A stretch of DNA of 53,314 bases, filler included, from Limisphaerales bacterium (GTDB lineage: Bacteria; Verrucomicrobiota; Verrucomicrobiia; Limisphaerales; SIBE01): the NCBI GenBank assembly GCA_044225505.1. It is 2 parts of 2 records of this genome, joined end to end, with 100 filler letters (N's around TTAATTAATTAA, not from the genome) between each part and the next. Parts side by side here need not be neighbours in the genome. Positions count along the whole stretch, not along the records: positions 1 to 26,753 come from JBGAIN010000118.1; positions 26,854 to 53,314 come from JBGAIN010000119.1. The stretch is one strand, 5' to 3'. Below, one piece after another: positions 17,471-27,101 of the stretch (within the stretch, counting starts at the first letter, position 1; each line of letters opens with the position of its first letter). The notes beneath the pieces are model-generated. The model was not told where the DNA came from, ran no database searches, and was given only the letters and a program-made list of their open reading frames with translations. Both the position numbers and the translations under genes were made by a program.

Positions 17471-19190
17471 ATGAATATGAAGCTCGCGTTTTCGCTCCTG
17501 TTCGGGCTTGCCCTATGTGGCCGGGTCGTCCCTTTCGCAGACCGATCCGCCGGTGGCAGCCCCCAACACGGCGGCTCCTGCGAATCCCGCGGAAAATCCG
17601 GCACCTGCGCCCGCAACCGCTCCCGTGACCGCGCCTGCCGATCCCGCGGGCGCCGCTCTTTCAACCGCACCTGGGACGGGCTCTCTTGGTGGATCCCGTC
17701 GCGACGGCCATGATTGTTCGCCGGAGGCGATCCCCGCCGGCTGGCATCACTTCGACGAACGACAACCGTGGACCCTTGACTCTGGAACAAGAGCTTCCTG
17801 CGGCGATTCAGTTTCTCGAGCGAATGGCCAACCTGAATATCCAGTTCGATCCGAGCTTGTTTTCACGAACAACATCCCCGGACCTGATGGGAAAGTGACG
17901 GCAGCGCCGGTGGTCTCACTGCGATGGGAGAATGTGACCGCGGAGGATGCGCTCCAGGAAGTGCTCGATAACTACGGTCTGATGCTGGTCGTGAACCCGA
18001 AGACGACCGTCGGACGGGTGACCCGGAAGCCAACCGTGCTGCCGCTGACCACGGCCATCGTGCAGCTGAAGTACAGCAGCCCCACCAACATCATGGAAGT
18101 GTTAAAGTCCACCTTCGTCGATCCCCGGAGCAAGGTAAGCGCGGATTTGCGAACCAGCCAGTTGGTAGTCGTGACTACAACGCAAGAAATGTATGCCGCG
18201 ACCAATTTAATCGCGGTGCTGGATACGCCGACCAAACAGGTTCTAATTGAAGCGCGAATGCTGGAAACCGCCAAGAGCCCGCGTTCGGTGAAGGGGATCG
18301 ATTGGTCGGGAACCTTGGAAGGGCAGAACTTCAGCTTTGGGAATGGAATCACTTCGGGCCAGACCACGACTCGGACGCCTGGAGACTCTTCGACCACGAC
18401 TTTGCCGAGCGGACGGACCATGACCACCAGCAGTGGCACGAGCTCGACGACAGAATTGCTCACCTCGATTGGGAGTGGTGGGATTAGCGCAAATACGCTG
18501 CGTGGCTTTTCGCCAAGCACAGCGTTCCTCAATGCGGATGGCGTGCACGCGGTCCTTTCGTTCTTGAACTCAGACAATGACACGGAAGTTGTCGCCACGC
18601 CTCGGGCTGTGACGGCCGATAACCAAACCGCGATCCTTTCGGTGACGCGCGCGTTTCCAATTTTCGAAGTCACACCGGGATCGGCCAACGTCGCCGCCGC
18701 GGCGCAAGTGAAATACACTAACCTGGGCACGATCTTGAAAGTAACGCCGCGCATCACGGCCAACAGCAATATCGCGTTGAAGGTGGTGCCTGAGGTGTCG
18801 AACATCGATTCCAAGGACCGTCAGATTATCAACGGGAATGTGAACGAGGCGAACGTCTATGCGATCCGTCGAATGGAAGCGGACGTGGTCATCCCAAGTG
18901 GCAATACTCTCGTCATGGGTGGCTTGATTAGCGACAACTCCAGCAAGTCCTACAATAAGGTTCCGATCCTCGGAGATCTGCCCGGAGTCGGCCTGGCTTT
19001 TCGTAAGGATTCCAAATCGCGCAACAAGGCGAATCTGATTATCTTTGTCACTCCGACGATCATTAATGATCAAGACTTTCAACCGACCGCATCGACCTTC
19101 CTGAGGACCCCGGTTCCCCCGCAGAACGACGTTCAGGAATCGGCCTGGGACAGCGGTAAACCCTACAAGTGGAACCGCTCCAAGAAATGA
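17471..19190 (+). CDS. Secretin (PilQ/GspD family); N-terminal part broken by at least 3 frameshifts
   Basis: LDTPTKQVLIEAR, GIDW, ATPRAVTADNQTA, LKVTPRI, TLVMGGLI, KVPILGDLPGVG, LIIFVTPTI. Signal peptide (17471 frame) and N-domains (17508 and 17686 frames) are spread over different frames. Confidence 0.9.
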
Positions 19191-19233
19191 CGTGGCTTAT
19201 GAGTTGCTCACTCGAAGGATCGACATTAGCGCT

Positions 19234-22200
19234 ATGAACACGCCCGCCAGAATGCGGAAGTCCTCGACGCATCGCCAGCTCTGCCCGAGCGGCGGCGCAC
19301 TCCTGGGCGCGTTGCTCGCCTGGTCGGCGTGGACGGTGGGCCTCCAAGCGGAGCCAACCGTTAAGACCCTCGGAGGTGGCCGGCTCACGGTGAATGGCCC
19401 GGATGCGGGCTTTTCTGACGGCGATATCTTGCAGGCGGCCCAGTTCCACAGTCCCTACGGCTGCGCCGTCGACACTACCGGCCGAATCTATGTGGCCGAT
19501 CGTGACAACGGAGCGCTCCGACGGCTCGACCCCGCCGCGAATCGGGCGCGAACGCTCCTCACTGGCCTCAAGGTGCCTGTCGCTGTCATCGTCGATCTGA
19601 CCAACTCGGTCTACGTCTTGACTCAGCAGGACGGCACCATCGTCAAGCTGCAACGCGGGACCACGAGCGTCCTGGCCACCGGGTTAATCGCTCCTTCCGC
19701 CATGACTTGGGATGGAGATGCTGCACTGTATGTTGCTCAGACCGCAGGCACCGTCGTCCGAGTGAGCCTGGCGGACGGAGCCGTTTCGAGTCCAATCATC
19801 ACTGGCTTGAATCAACCGAGCGGAATTGCCTACCTTGACAACGGTTTCGTCGCCGTCAGCGAGGCGGGTTCCAACCAAATCCGCATTTGGGATCCCCGAA
19901 ATGGTGCGCTGAAGTCTCGGGTCGGGACGGGCGTCGCCGGGTTTGCCGATGGGCCAGCCACCATCGCCCAGTTCAATCAGCCTCAGCATCTGGCCAAAGC
20001 ACCCGGTGGGAGCATGCTGGTGGCGGATCGCTTGAATCATCGAGTTCGCCTGATTGAAAGCGACGGTTTTGTCACGAGCCTTTACGGAGTTGATCCCACC
20101 CTGTGGGAGGGGCCGGCCTGCACGACGTGTGATCCAATCATCTTGCCAGGGTGGTTCGACGGTTCGGTCGAGTTCGCGGAAGCGCGCGAACCGGTCGGAG
20201 TGGCCGTAAGCAGCGATGGAAAGATTTACACCACGGAGGATTTCTATCATCTGGTGCGCGAAATCAGCGGTGCGAGCTTTGTCGATGGTGGTGGGTCCGG
20301 TGAAACCAACACTCTCTATGCGCCGGTGATCTCGCCGAACAGCGGCTATTTTCCGATGGGACAGATCATCCAGGTCACCAATCCCAATGTCAGCGCGCTA
20401 TTGCCTTCTGCGGTCTATTATACGACGGACGGAACCGAACCGACGACCAACAGCTTGAGAGTCGTTATGGACGGAAATGCAGGTTCAATTCTCTGGCAGG
20501 AAAAGCGCCGGGATCTGACTTCACTTCGGTTGATAGCGTTCGTGGGATCGAAGTCGAGTCCAATCACGAGCGGTCAATCTGTGGTCGCCAATGAAATTGG
20601 CATTTCGCAGAATGTCGCCGCTGGCATCGGGTCGACGGCGATTCTTCCGGTTGTGGTTAATCTCCGCACCAACGAACAGTTGCAGTCGCTGCAATATCGG
20701 CTGGAAGTCAGTCCCATTTCGTCCGGGACGCCAATGATTCCTGAGACTTTCGGGGCGATCTCCTATTCGACCAACGATTTCATCACGGTATACACCGCCG
20801 CGGATCCTAAGGGAGAAGCGAATTTCCGGGTTTTGCCATATAACTTCGATCAGACGCGCGGGGTGGCCGTCACGTTCATCGGGACCAACGCCAATCTCTC
20901 CGTGAAAGCGTTCGGCGTCGTGGGCATGATAACCGTTCCCATCCCACCATCCGCGCACGTCGGTGATCGATATAAAGTCTCACTGCTCAATCCGTCGGGA
21001 ACATCCGATGGTGGCGAGCAGCGGGTGGCCATAGCGGCGATGCCCGATCGGATTTTGGAGGTCCAGGCGGCGCATTATCTGGTTGGAGACTCGGCGAGCG
21101 CCATCTGGTACAACTCGGCTCAACTCGATGCCACGGGCGCACTTCGGCAGGGATTTGGAGATGGCATCCTGGATAACAGCGACGTGAACAACGTCTTCTC
21201 TGTGGCCTTGGGAATGCGGGTTCCCTATCCCCACACGGATCTCTTTGATGCGATGGACGCGTTCCCCGAGGACACGATTACAAGCGCCGGCGGCGATGGC
21301 CTGATTCGATTCCTCGACTGGCAAGTCATCCTCATGCGGTCTTTAGGCCTGGATCCGGCTCGCTGGGAGAGAGTTTGGGCGGACGGCGGGGTACGAATCA
21401 CTCGAGGGTCCAATAGCCCAGGAGCTCCCAACACTGCGGGAGTAAAGTTGACCGCGTTGCCGGGCGAAGTTTGGAGCCGACAAGTGGTACTCGCCGCACA
21501 ATCGTTTGAAGTTGTCCAACCAGGAGCGATTCTGGACGTCCCCGTCACTCTCGATGTTGCCGCGGGCTGTGAACTGGCGGGATTGGCGTTTCGCGCCATG
21601 GTTCGAGCGGATGGCGGCGCTCCGCTCTTGGACCGTCCGATTCAGTTTGTCCCAGCCGCGAGCATTCCTGCGCCGACCCAGAGCCTGGTGCCGAGCTATG
21701 ACACGGTCTTGTGCGGTTGGCCGCTGGTGCCGTCGTCCTCATTCGATCCGACCTTACGCGGCAAAGTGTTGCTGGGGTACATCCGCGTGCCCGTGCCTTG
21801 GCGCTCGACGCAGGGACAGACCTATACCGTTCATTTCTCGAATGCGGATGGATCACCCGACATCCAGACCCAGTATGAATTTGAAACCAAGTCCGGCACG
21901 CTCTGGATCTTGAGCTATGCGGATAAACCAGCGGACGTAAGTTCGGACGAGTGGAAGCAGCACTTTTTTGGGAGTGCCTTGAGTGACACGGCGATCGATA
22001 GCGCCGATCCCGATCACGACGGCACGCCGAACTACCTCGAATATTTGTCCGGCACCGACCCGACCGATCCACAATCGTTCCTTCGCCTGAATGCTGCTCC
22101 GCTCGACGCCCAGGGCAAGAATGTCGTGCTCAGTTGGCTGAGTGCGCCCGGGAAGACTTACCAGATCGAGATGGCGACTAGTTTGTTGGGCAAAGACTGG

Positions 22201-22305
22201 ACCGTCGTCGCCAACGGCTTGATCGGGACGGGCCGGTCCCAGCAATGGATTCACTCTATGAACACCAATAACAACAGCTTTTATCGAATTCGTCTGCAAC
22301 CCTAA
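19234..22305 (+). CDS. Large exported protein: NHL repeats - CHB_HEX_C-like - cohesin-like - dockerin-like - cohesin-like - C-terminal domain (paralog 1)
   Basis: Signal peptide ..VGLQA/EP; NHL repeats (FHSPYGCAVD..YVAD, FNQP..VADRLNHRVR); YYTTDGTEP; GDGILDNSD...DAFP..GGDGLIRFLD; DPDHDGTPNYLEYLSGTDP; terminal FYRIRLQP. Confidence 0.85.
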   Translation: MNTPARMRKSSTHRQLCPSGGALLGALLAWSAWTVGLQAEPTVKTLGGGRLTVNGPDAGFSDGDILQAAQFHSPYGCAVDTTGRIYVADRDNGALRRLDPAANRARTLLTGLKVPVAVIVDLTNSVYVLTQQDGTIVKLQRGTTSVLATGLIAPSAMTWDGDAALYVAQTAGTVVRVSLADGAVSSPIITGLNQPSGIAYLDNGFVAVSEAGSNQIRIWDPRNGALKSRVGTGVAGFADGPATIAQFNQPQHLAKAPGGSMLVADRLNHRVRLIESDGFVTSLYGVDPTLWEGPACTTCDPIILPGWFDGSVEFAEAREPVGVAVSSDGKIYTTEDFYHLVREISGASFVDGGGSGETNTLYAPVISPNSGYFPMGQIIQVTNPNVSALLPSAVYYTTDGTEPTTNSLRVVMDGNAGSILWQEKRRDLTSLRLIAFVGSKSSPITSGQSVVANEIGISQNVAAGIGSTAILPVVVNLRTNEQLQSLQYRLEVSPISSGTPMIPETFGAISYSTNDFITVYTAADPKGEANFRVLPYNFDQTRGVAVTFIGTNANLSVKAFGVVGMITVPIPPSAHVGDRYKVSLLNPSGTSDGGEQRVAIAAMPDRILEVQAAHYLVGDSASAIWYNSAQLDATGALRQGFGDGILDNSDVNNVFSVALGMRVPYPHTDLFDAMDAFPEDTITSAGGDGLIRFLDWQVILMRSLGLDPARWERVWADGGVRITRGSNSPGAPNTAGVKLTALPGEVWSRQVVLAAQSFEVVQPGAILDVPVTLDVAAGCELAGLAFRAMVRADGGAPLLDRPIQFVPAASIPAPTQSLVPSYDTVLCGWPLVPSSSFDPTLRGKVLLGYIRVPVPWRSTQGQTYTVHFSNADGSPDIQTQYEFETKSGTLWILSYADKPADVSSDEWKQHFFGSALSDTAIDSADPDHDGTPNYLEYLSGTDPTDPQSFLRLNAAPLDAQGKNVVLSWLSAPGKTYQIEMATSLLGKDWTVVANGLIGTGRSQQWIHSMNTNNNSFYRIRLQP

Positions 22306-22422
22306 ACATCACTCACCACTATGAACAATGCCTCAAGTCTACGCTCGTCCCGTGAGTCCGGGCGCCGGGTGCAGACGTTGCCTAGTCCGCCTCCTATCAC
22401 TGAACTTATTAACCCCAATGCT

Positions 22423-25400
22423 ATGAAAAAAACCTGGTGCGTACTGATCGCCCTGATGTTTGCGCTCGGGGCGGTTGCTCAGCCCGCGCTGCAAACACTC
22501 GTCTCCTCTGGCCTATCCGAACCGTACGGTGTGGCCGTTGATGCCAAAAACAACATCTACATCACCGACAGCGTCAACAACCGGATTGCCAAGTACAATC
22601 CGAACTCCGGCTCTTTGACCAACCTGGCCGGTGTGCTCGGTGAACCCGGCAATAATGACGGGCCCGGGCCGTTCGCTCACTTCTCGAGCCCCCAAGGGAT
22701 TGTTTACGCCCGCGGCGGTCTGGTGGTGGCGGATTCCGGAAATCACCTGATTCGGTTTGTGACCTTGGCCGGAGCAGTGTCGACCCTGGCGGGCAGCACC
22801 GCGGGAGTCCAAGACGGCGTGGGCGCAGCAGCCCAGTTTAACGCGCCCGCCGGATTGGCTGCCGACGCGGCCGGGAACATCTATGTGGCCGACCTCTTGA
22901 ACAACCGCATCCGCAAAATCGATCTCGCCAACAAGGTGACGACAATCGCCTCCGGGTTGTCACGCCCATCCGGCGTGAGCATCGACAAGGCGAAGAACCA
23001 AATCTACGTGGCGGACACGGGGACGCACTCGATCCGGGTGATCCAGCCGGACGGCACCGTTACTCTCTTCGCGGGAAGCGGTTCGCCTTTCATCAGCGGC
23101 CTAAAAGAGTCCCTGATTGCGACGAACGCTCTCTTCAATGCGCCTCGCGGACTCGTTTGGGTCGGAGGCACGACCGGATTGCTCGTGAGCGATACGGGAA
23201 ACCACCGCATTCGTCGGATCTTCTCCAACACGAACTTTAACACCTTCTCCACGGAAAGCTTCGTCAGCTCGACATTGATCTCTCCAGTCGGCATGTCGAT
23301 TGACGAAAACGGCAATTTCCCGCTCGTCGACCTTGCGGCGAATGCTCTGATCAGTTTGCAGGTGACGGCGCCCCAAGCCCCTGTTAGTAACCCGAAGATC
23401 GGGATTGTGGTGCTGAACACCAACTCGTTTGGCGATCTCGTCACGGAACTGATCCCTATCGTCAATTCAACGTTTAATAACGACGTCAACGTGGCGATCC
23501 TGGCGGAGGACGGCACCGAGACATTCTACACGCTGAACTCAGCGGCTGATTTTCCGGAGGATGCAACGAGCCGAAATACGCCCGCACGTTATGTGAACGG
23601 CCTGCTGGAATGGACGAATTCAATCGTCGTGCCGAGCGAAGATGGCTCTAATGTCCTGGTCCGCGCCATCAGCACGCAGGACGGTCGTCGTCCGAGTGAA
23701 GTGGTGTCCGCTCGATTCCAGTTCAAGGTTGCCAATCCGATTATCAATGGAAAGAATCCGGGTAACTTCACTGTCTCCGACAACACGGACAACGCCGAGA
23801 TCTGGTATTCGACCGATGGGTCCGTGCCGACGAACAGCGCGCCGTCTCAACTCTATCTGCCGGGCAGTCACTTGAACATTGTCAACGGCACGAATAACGT
23901 GCTGTTCACAGCTCGCGCCTTCAAGCGTGGCTATACCCCGAGCACCGAGGTCAGCAAAACCTTCCTGTTCACCGATCTGGAAACCAGCGTCATTGGCGTG
24001 ACTCGCGATTACACCGCGGGCATCGGTTCGACCATCGTGGTCCCGGTCGAGGTGCGCGTGGCCGGTGCGGATGCGCTTCGGTCCTTGCAGTTCCGCGTCG
24101 AAGTGACCGCGAATAATGGCGCTCCGCCGATCTCGGCACAATTCCGCAGTCTGCCGTTTAGCACGAACGACTTCGTCTTCGTTCCCGCGCCCAGCACAAA
24201 CCCGCCGATCTCTTCGGTCTACAGCTCCAATAACGTGACCGGACTTAGTATCGCGTATATCGGCCAAAGTTCTGGTTTGGAGTTGCGCGAGACAGCAACG
24301 GCGGCACTCTTGGCGGTGCCGATCCCACCGGACGCTCTCGAAGGTCAGACTTACACCATCTCGCTGGTGCAGCCCTCTGGGACAGCGGACGCTGGGCAAT
24401 CGCCCGTGCCCCTGACCGTGCTGGCAAATCGCACGATCACCGTGTCTAACGTCAGCTATCTGGTCGGCGACAGCGCCGTGAGCTCCTGGTACAACGCCGG
24501 TGATTTCGGCAATGAAGACCTGGCGAACAATGACGTTAACAACGCCTTCCACGTCTCCCTGGGGTTATACAATCTCTTCCCGTTCACGGATCTGTTCGAT
24601 TCCATGGACGCGTTTCCGCCCGATTCGACCACGACTGTGGGTGGTGACGGCCAAATCCGCTTCCTCGATTGGCAGCTGATCCTTCGACGGTCCTTGCGCT
24701 TAAGCAGTCCGAACTGGCAGCGTTCCTGGTCGGTCGGCGGCCTCCGCGCCCCTGGCAGTGCGACCCTCAGCGGCTCGCCCGATACCGCAGGGCAGAAGCT
24801 CGTTGCACCAGCTCCAGGCGCCGTTTGGGTGCGCGAAGCGTCGTTCCTCGCCTCCGCTGTGGAAAATGCGCAGCCCGGTGAAACCGTTAAAGTTCCCCTC
24901 TACGTCAAGGTTGAGGAAGGTTCCTCCCTCTCTGGTTTGCAGTTCCTTGCTCGCGTCACGGCGTCTGACCGTGCTCCCGACCTGACCAGTCCGGCCGTGT
25001 TTGTCCCGGCGGACGGAACGCCCGTGGGCCGCAGTGCGGATGGATTAGCTCCCAACCAAGTGGCTTATGCCTGGGATCTCGGTTCATTCAACCCGGCCCT
25101 GCAAGGTAAAGTGTTGCTCGGTGATGTGGTCTTCACGATCCCTGCGACCGCTAAACCCGGTCAGTCTTATCGCGTCCGTTTCGGCAATGCGGACGGCGCT
25201 CCCAACGAAAATACACAATACGAGTTCGAATCGTTCTCCGCTCGCGTCTGGGTGAGTGTTCCCGCCACGGGCCCGCAAGAGATCATCTCGGACGAGTGGA
25301 AGATCAAGTTCTTTGGAACCGTCGACAATGTGGACGCAGCACCGAACGCTGATCCTGACAAAGACGGCGCGCCCAACTGGAAAGAATACCTGGCGGGCAC

Positions 25401-25656
25401 CGATCCGATCAAGGCCGACTCGCACCTGCACCTGCGTGCTCCTGAGCAGAAAGTGAAGAATGGCAAGAAGCAATTGGCCTTACGCTGGCTGAGTGCACCT
25501 TCCAAGCACTACGTCATCGAAACCACCACCGACCTGATCAACGGGCCGTGGACAGTCGTCGCGACTGGAATCGTGGGTGACGGCAATCTGAAGGAGTACC
25601 TGCAAGCCACCCCTGGCCAAGGTCCTCAGTACTACCGAGTGCGGCTGCAAGACTAA
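22423..25656 (+). CDS. Large exported NHL / CHB_HEX_C-like x2 / cohesin-dockerin-cohesin protein (paralog 2)
   Basis: Signal peptide MKKTWCVLIALMFALGAVA/Q. Same domain order as paralog 1, with shared strings AGIGST, STNDF, PSGT, YLVGDSA, GGDGxIRFLDWQ, NADG, SDEWK, WLSAP. Confidence 0.87.
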   Translation: MKKTWCVLIALMFALGAVAQPALQTLVSSGLSEPYGVAVDAKNNIYITDSVNNRIAKYNPNSGSLTNLAGVLGEPGNNDGPGPFAHFSSPQGIVYARGGLVVADSGNHLIRFVTLAGAVSTLAGSTAGVQDGVGAAAQFNAPAGLAADAAGNIYVADLLNNRIRKIDLANKVTTIASGLSRPSGVSIDKAKNQIYVADTGTHSIRVIQPDGTVTLFAGSGSPFISGLKESLIATNALFNAPRGLVWVGGTTGLLVSDTGNHRIRRIFSNTNFNTFSTESFVSSTLISPVGMSIDENGNFPLVDLAANALISLQVTAPQAPVSNPKIGIVVLNTNSFGDLVTELIPIVNSTFNNDVNVAILAEDGTETFYTLNSAADFPEDATSRNTPARYVNGLLEWTNSIVVPSEDGSNVLVRAISTQDGRRPSEVVSARFQFKVANPIINGKNPGNFTVSDNTDNAEIWYSTDGSVPTNSAPSQLYLPGSHLNIVNGTNNVLFTARAFKRGYTPSTEVSKTFLFTDLETSVIGVTRDYTAGIGSTIVVPVEVRVAGADALRSLQFRVEVTANNGAPPISAQFRSLPFSTNDFVFVPAPSTNPPISSVYSSNNVTGLSIAYIGQSSGLELRETATAALLAVPIPPDALEGQTYTISLVQPSGTADAGQSPVPLTVLANRTITVSNVSYLVGDSAVSSWYNAGDFGNEDLANNDVNNAFHVSLGLYNLFPFTDLFDSMDAFPPDSTTTVGGDGQIRFLDWQLILRRSLRLSSPNWQRSWSVGGLRAPGSATLSGSPDTAGQKLVAPAPGAVWVREASFLASAVENAQPGETVKVPLYVKVEEGSSLSGLQFLARVTASDRAPDLTSPAVFVPADGTPVGRSADGLAPNQVAYAWDLGSFNPALQGKVLLGDVVFTIPATAKPGQSYRVRFGNADGAPNENTQYEFESFSARVWVSVPATGPQEIISDEWKIKFFGTVDNVDAAPNADPDKDGAPNWKEYLAGTDPIKADSHLHLRAPEQKVKNGKKQLALRWLSAPSKHYVIETTTDLINGPWTVVATGIVGDGNLKEYLQATPGQGPQYYRVRLQD

Positions 25657-25673
25657 GCAGCGAATTCCATGGG

Positions 25674-25713
25674 CCCGCGGAAAGCAGGCGTATCCACCCT
25701 GTCTTTCCGCGGG
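25674..25713 (+). other. Intergenic GC-rich stem-loop without a U-tract
   Basis: CCCGCGGAAAG (25674-84) / CTTTCCGCGGG (25703-13), plus an inner CAGG/CCTG pair. Confidence 0.55.
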
Positions 25714-25813
25714 ACCTCTCTGTCCGGTCACTTTCTAAACTCGCGCAATGAAAAATCCGACCCTGCTTCTGTTGCCGGTGCATTCATCCTGCGCGTCTCG
25801 TCTTCGTAGCGTC

Positions 25814-26753
25814 ATGAACGAATCTGTCCCTTTCTCCGATTGCTGCCTGTCCAGCGGAAGTCTTCTGCGCCGATGGACCAAGAGTGTCCTCGCGTTGGCC
25901 GCAGGTCTGTGGATGACCAACAGCCAGGCTCAGACCGTCGATACGGTGCTGACCAACCGGTTGGCGGAACCGTACAACGTTGTGATTGAAGGAGGAACCT
26001 ATTTCATTAGCGACAGCGGCAACGATCGCATTATCCGCTTTGTCCCGGACAGCGGAGCATTCTCGACGCTGGCCGGGTTTGCCGGGCGCCCTGGATCCAC
26101 CGATGGTAAAGGCGTCTTTGCTCGTTTCTTTAGTCCACGTGGGCTTGTCTCTGTTCCGGCTCGAAATGGCTTGGTCGTCTCAGACTATGCCAACCATACA
26201 CTCCGATTGGTGAAGCTGGACGGCACCGTCACGACGCTCGTCGGAACGCCTGGCCAGGCTGGATTCGACGCTACTCACTTTAATTTCCCTTCCGCCCTCG
26301 CTACCGACACCAATGGGAACGTTTATATTTCCGACACTAAGAATAACGCGATTCGCAAACTTGATCTAGCAGGCAACTTGTCCACGGTCGCCACGGGTTT
26401 TAGCGAACCAGACGGAATCGCGGTGGGCGACAACGGCGACCTCTGGATTGCCGATAGTCGCAATTATACCATCAAACGACGCCGGGCCAACGGCACGGTG
26501 GAGTTGATCGCGGGGATTCCCGGCCAGGCTGGGGCTCTCGATTCGATCTTTTCCAACGAAACCCTTTTCAATAACCCAAGCGCGCTGCTTTGGTTGGGGG
26601 GAGCGTCCGGGTTGCTCGTCTCGGACTCGGGCAATCACGCGTTGCGCCGCATCTATTTTGATCCCGAAATCGGTGGGTATTCCGTCGAAACCTACGCGGG
26701 ATCTCCCACTCAGCCAGGCTTTGTTAATGGCCCCGTGCGCACGGCTAAGTTTA
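25814..26753 (+). CDS. NHL-repeat exported protein (paralog 3), truncated by the contig end
   Basis: Signal peptide ..TNSQA/Q. LAEPYNV, ARFFSPRGL and LLWLGGASGLLVSDSGNH align with paralog 2. Runs into the N gap. Confidence 0.82.
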
Positions 26754-26853
26754 NNNNNNNNNNNNNNNNNNNNNNNNNNNNNNNNNNNNNNNNNNNNTTA
26801 ATTAATTAANNNNNNNNNNNNNNNNNNNNNNNNNNNNNNNNNNNNNNNNNNNN
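26754..26853. other. Artificial contig-joining linker
   Basis: 44 N + TTAATTAATTAA (stops in all six frames) + 44 N. Confidence 0.95.
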
Positions 26854-27101
26854 CGAATTGAGGGTGTCGAACCGCTTCGCGGTCGAATTGCGGCCGAGAG
26901 CCATCTTGCTTCAAGACTCTGGTGCGCAGGCACTCAGCGCTGCGCTAAACCGCCCAGGGCTGACCTCCGATCGTCCTTGCGAGATGTCCCGAGCATTGCT
27001 GACAAATTGTCAGCGGAGTGTGAGACATTTGACCAGTGGTGAGCGTTGATTCGTTCAGGCTAAAGCGCCAGAGCCGCGCCCTGATCCCCGGCAGCCCGGT
27101 G

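Noticed and set aside
19234..25656. NHL proteins as RHS/YD toxins, teneurin-like proteins or cellulosomal enzymes
   Set aside because: No YD repeats, RHS core, toxin tip, immunity gene or glycoside hydrolase domain seen.
26754..26853. TTAATTAATTAA palindrome inside the N run, and the apparent stop of the third NHL gene
   Set aside because: Synthetic six-frame-stop linker. The two sides need not be adjacent in the genome.
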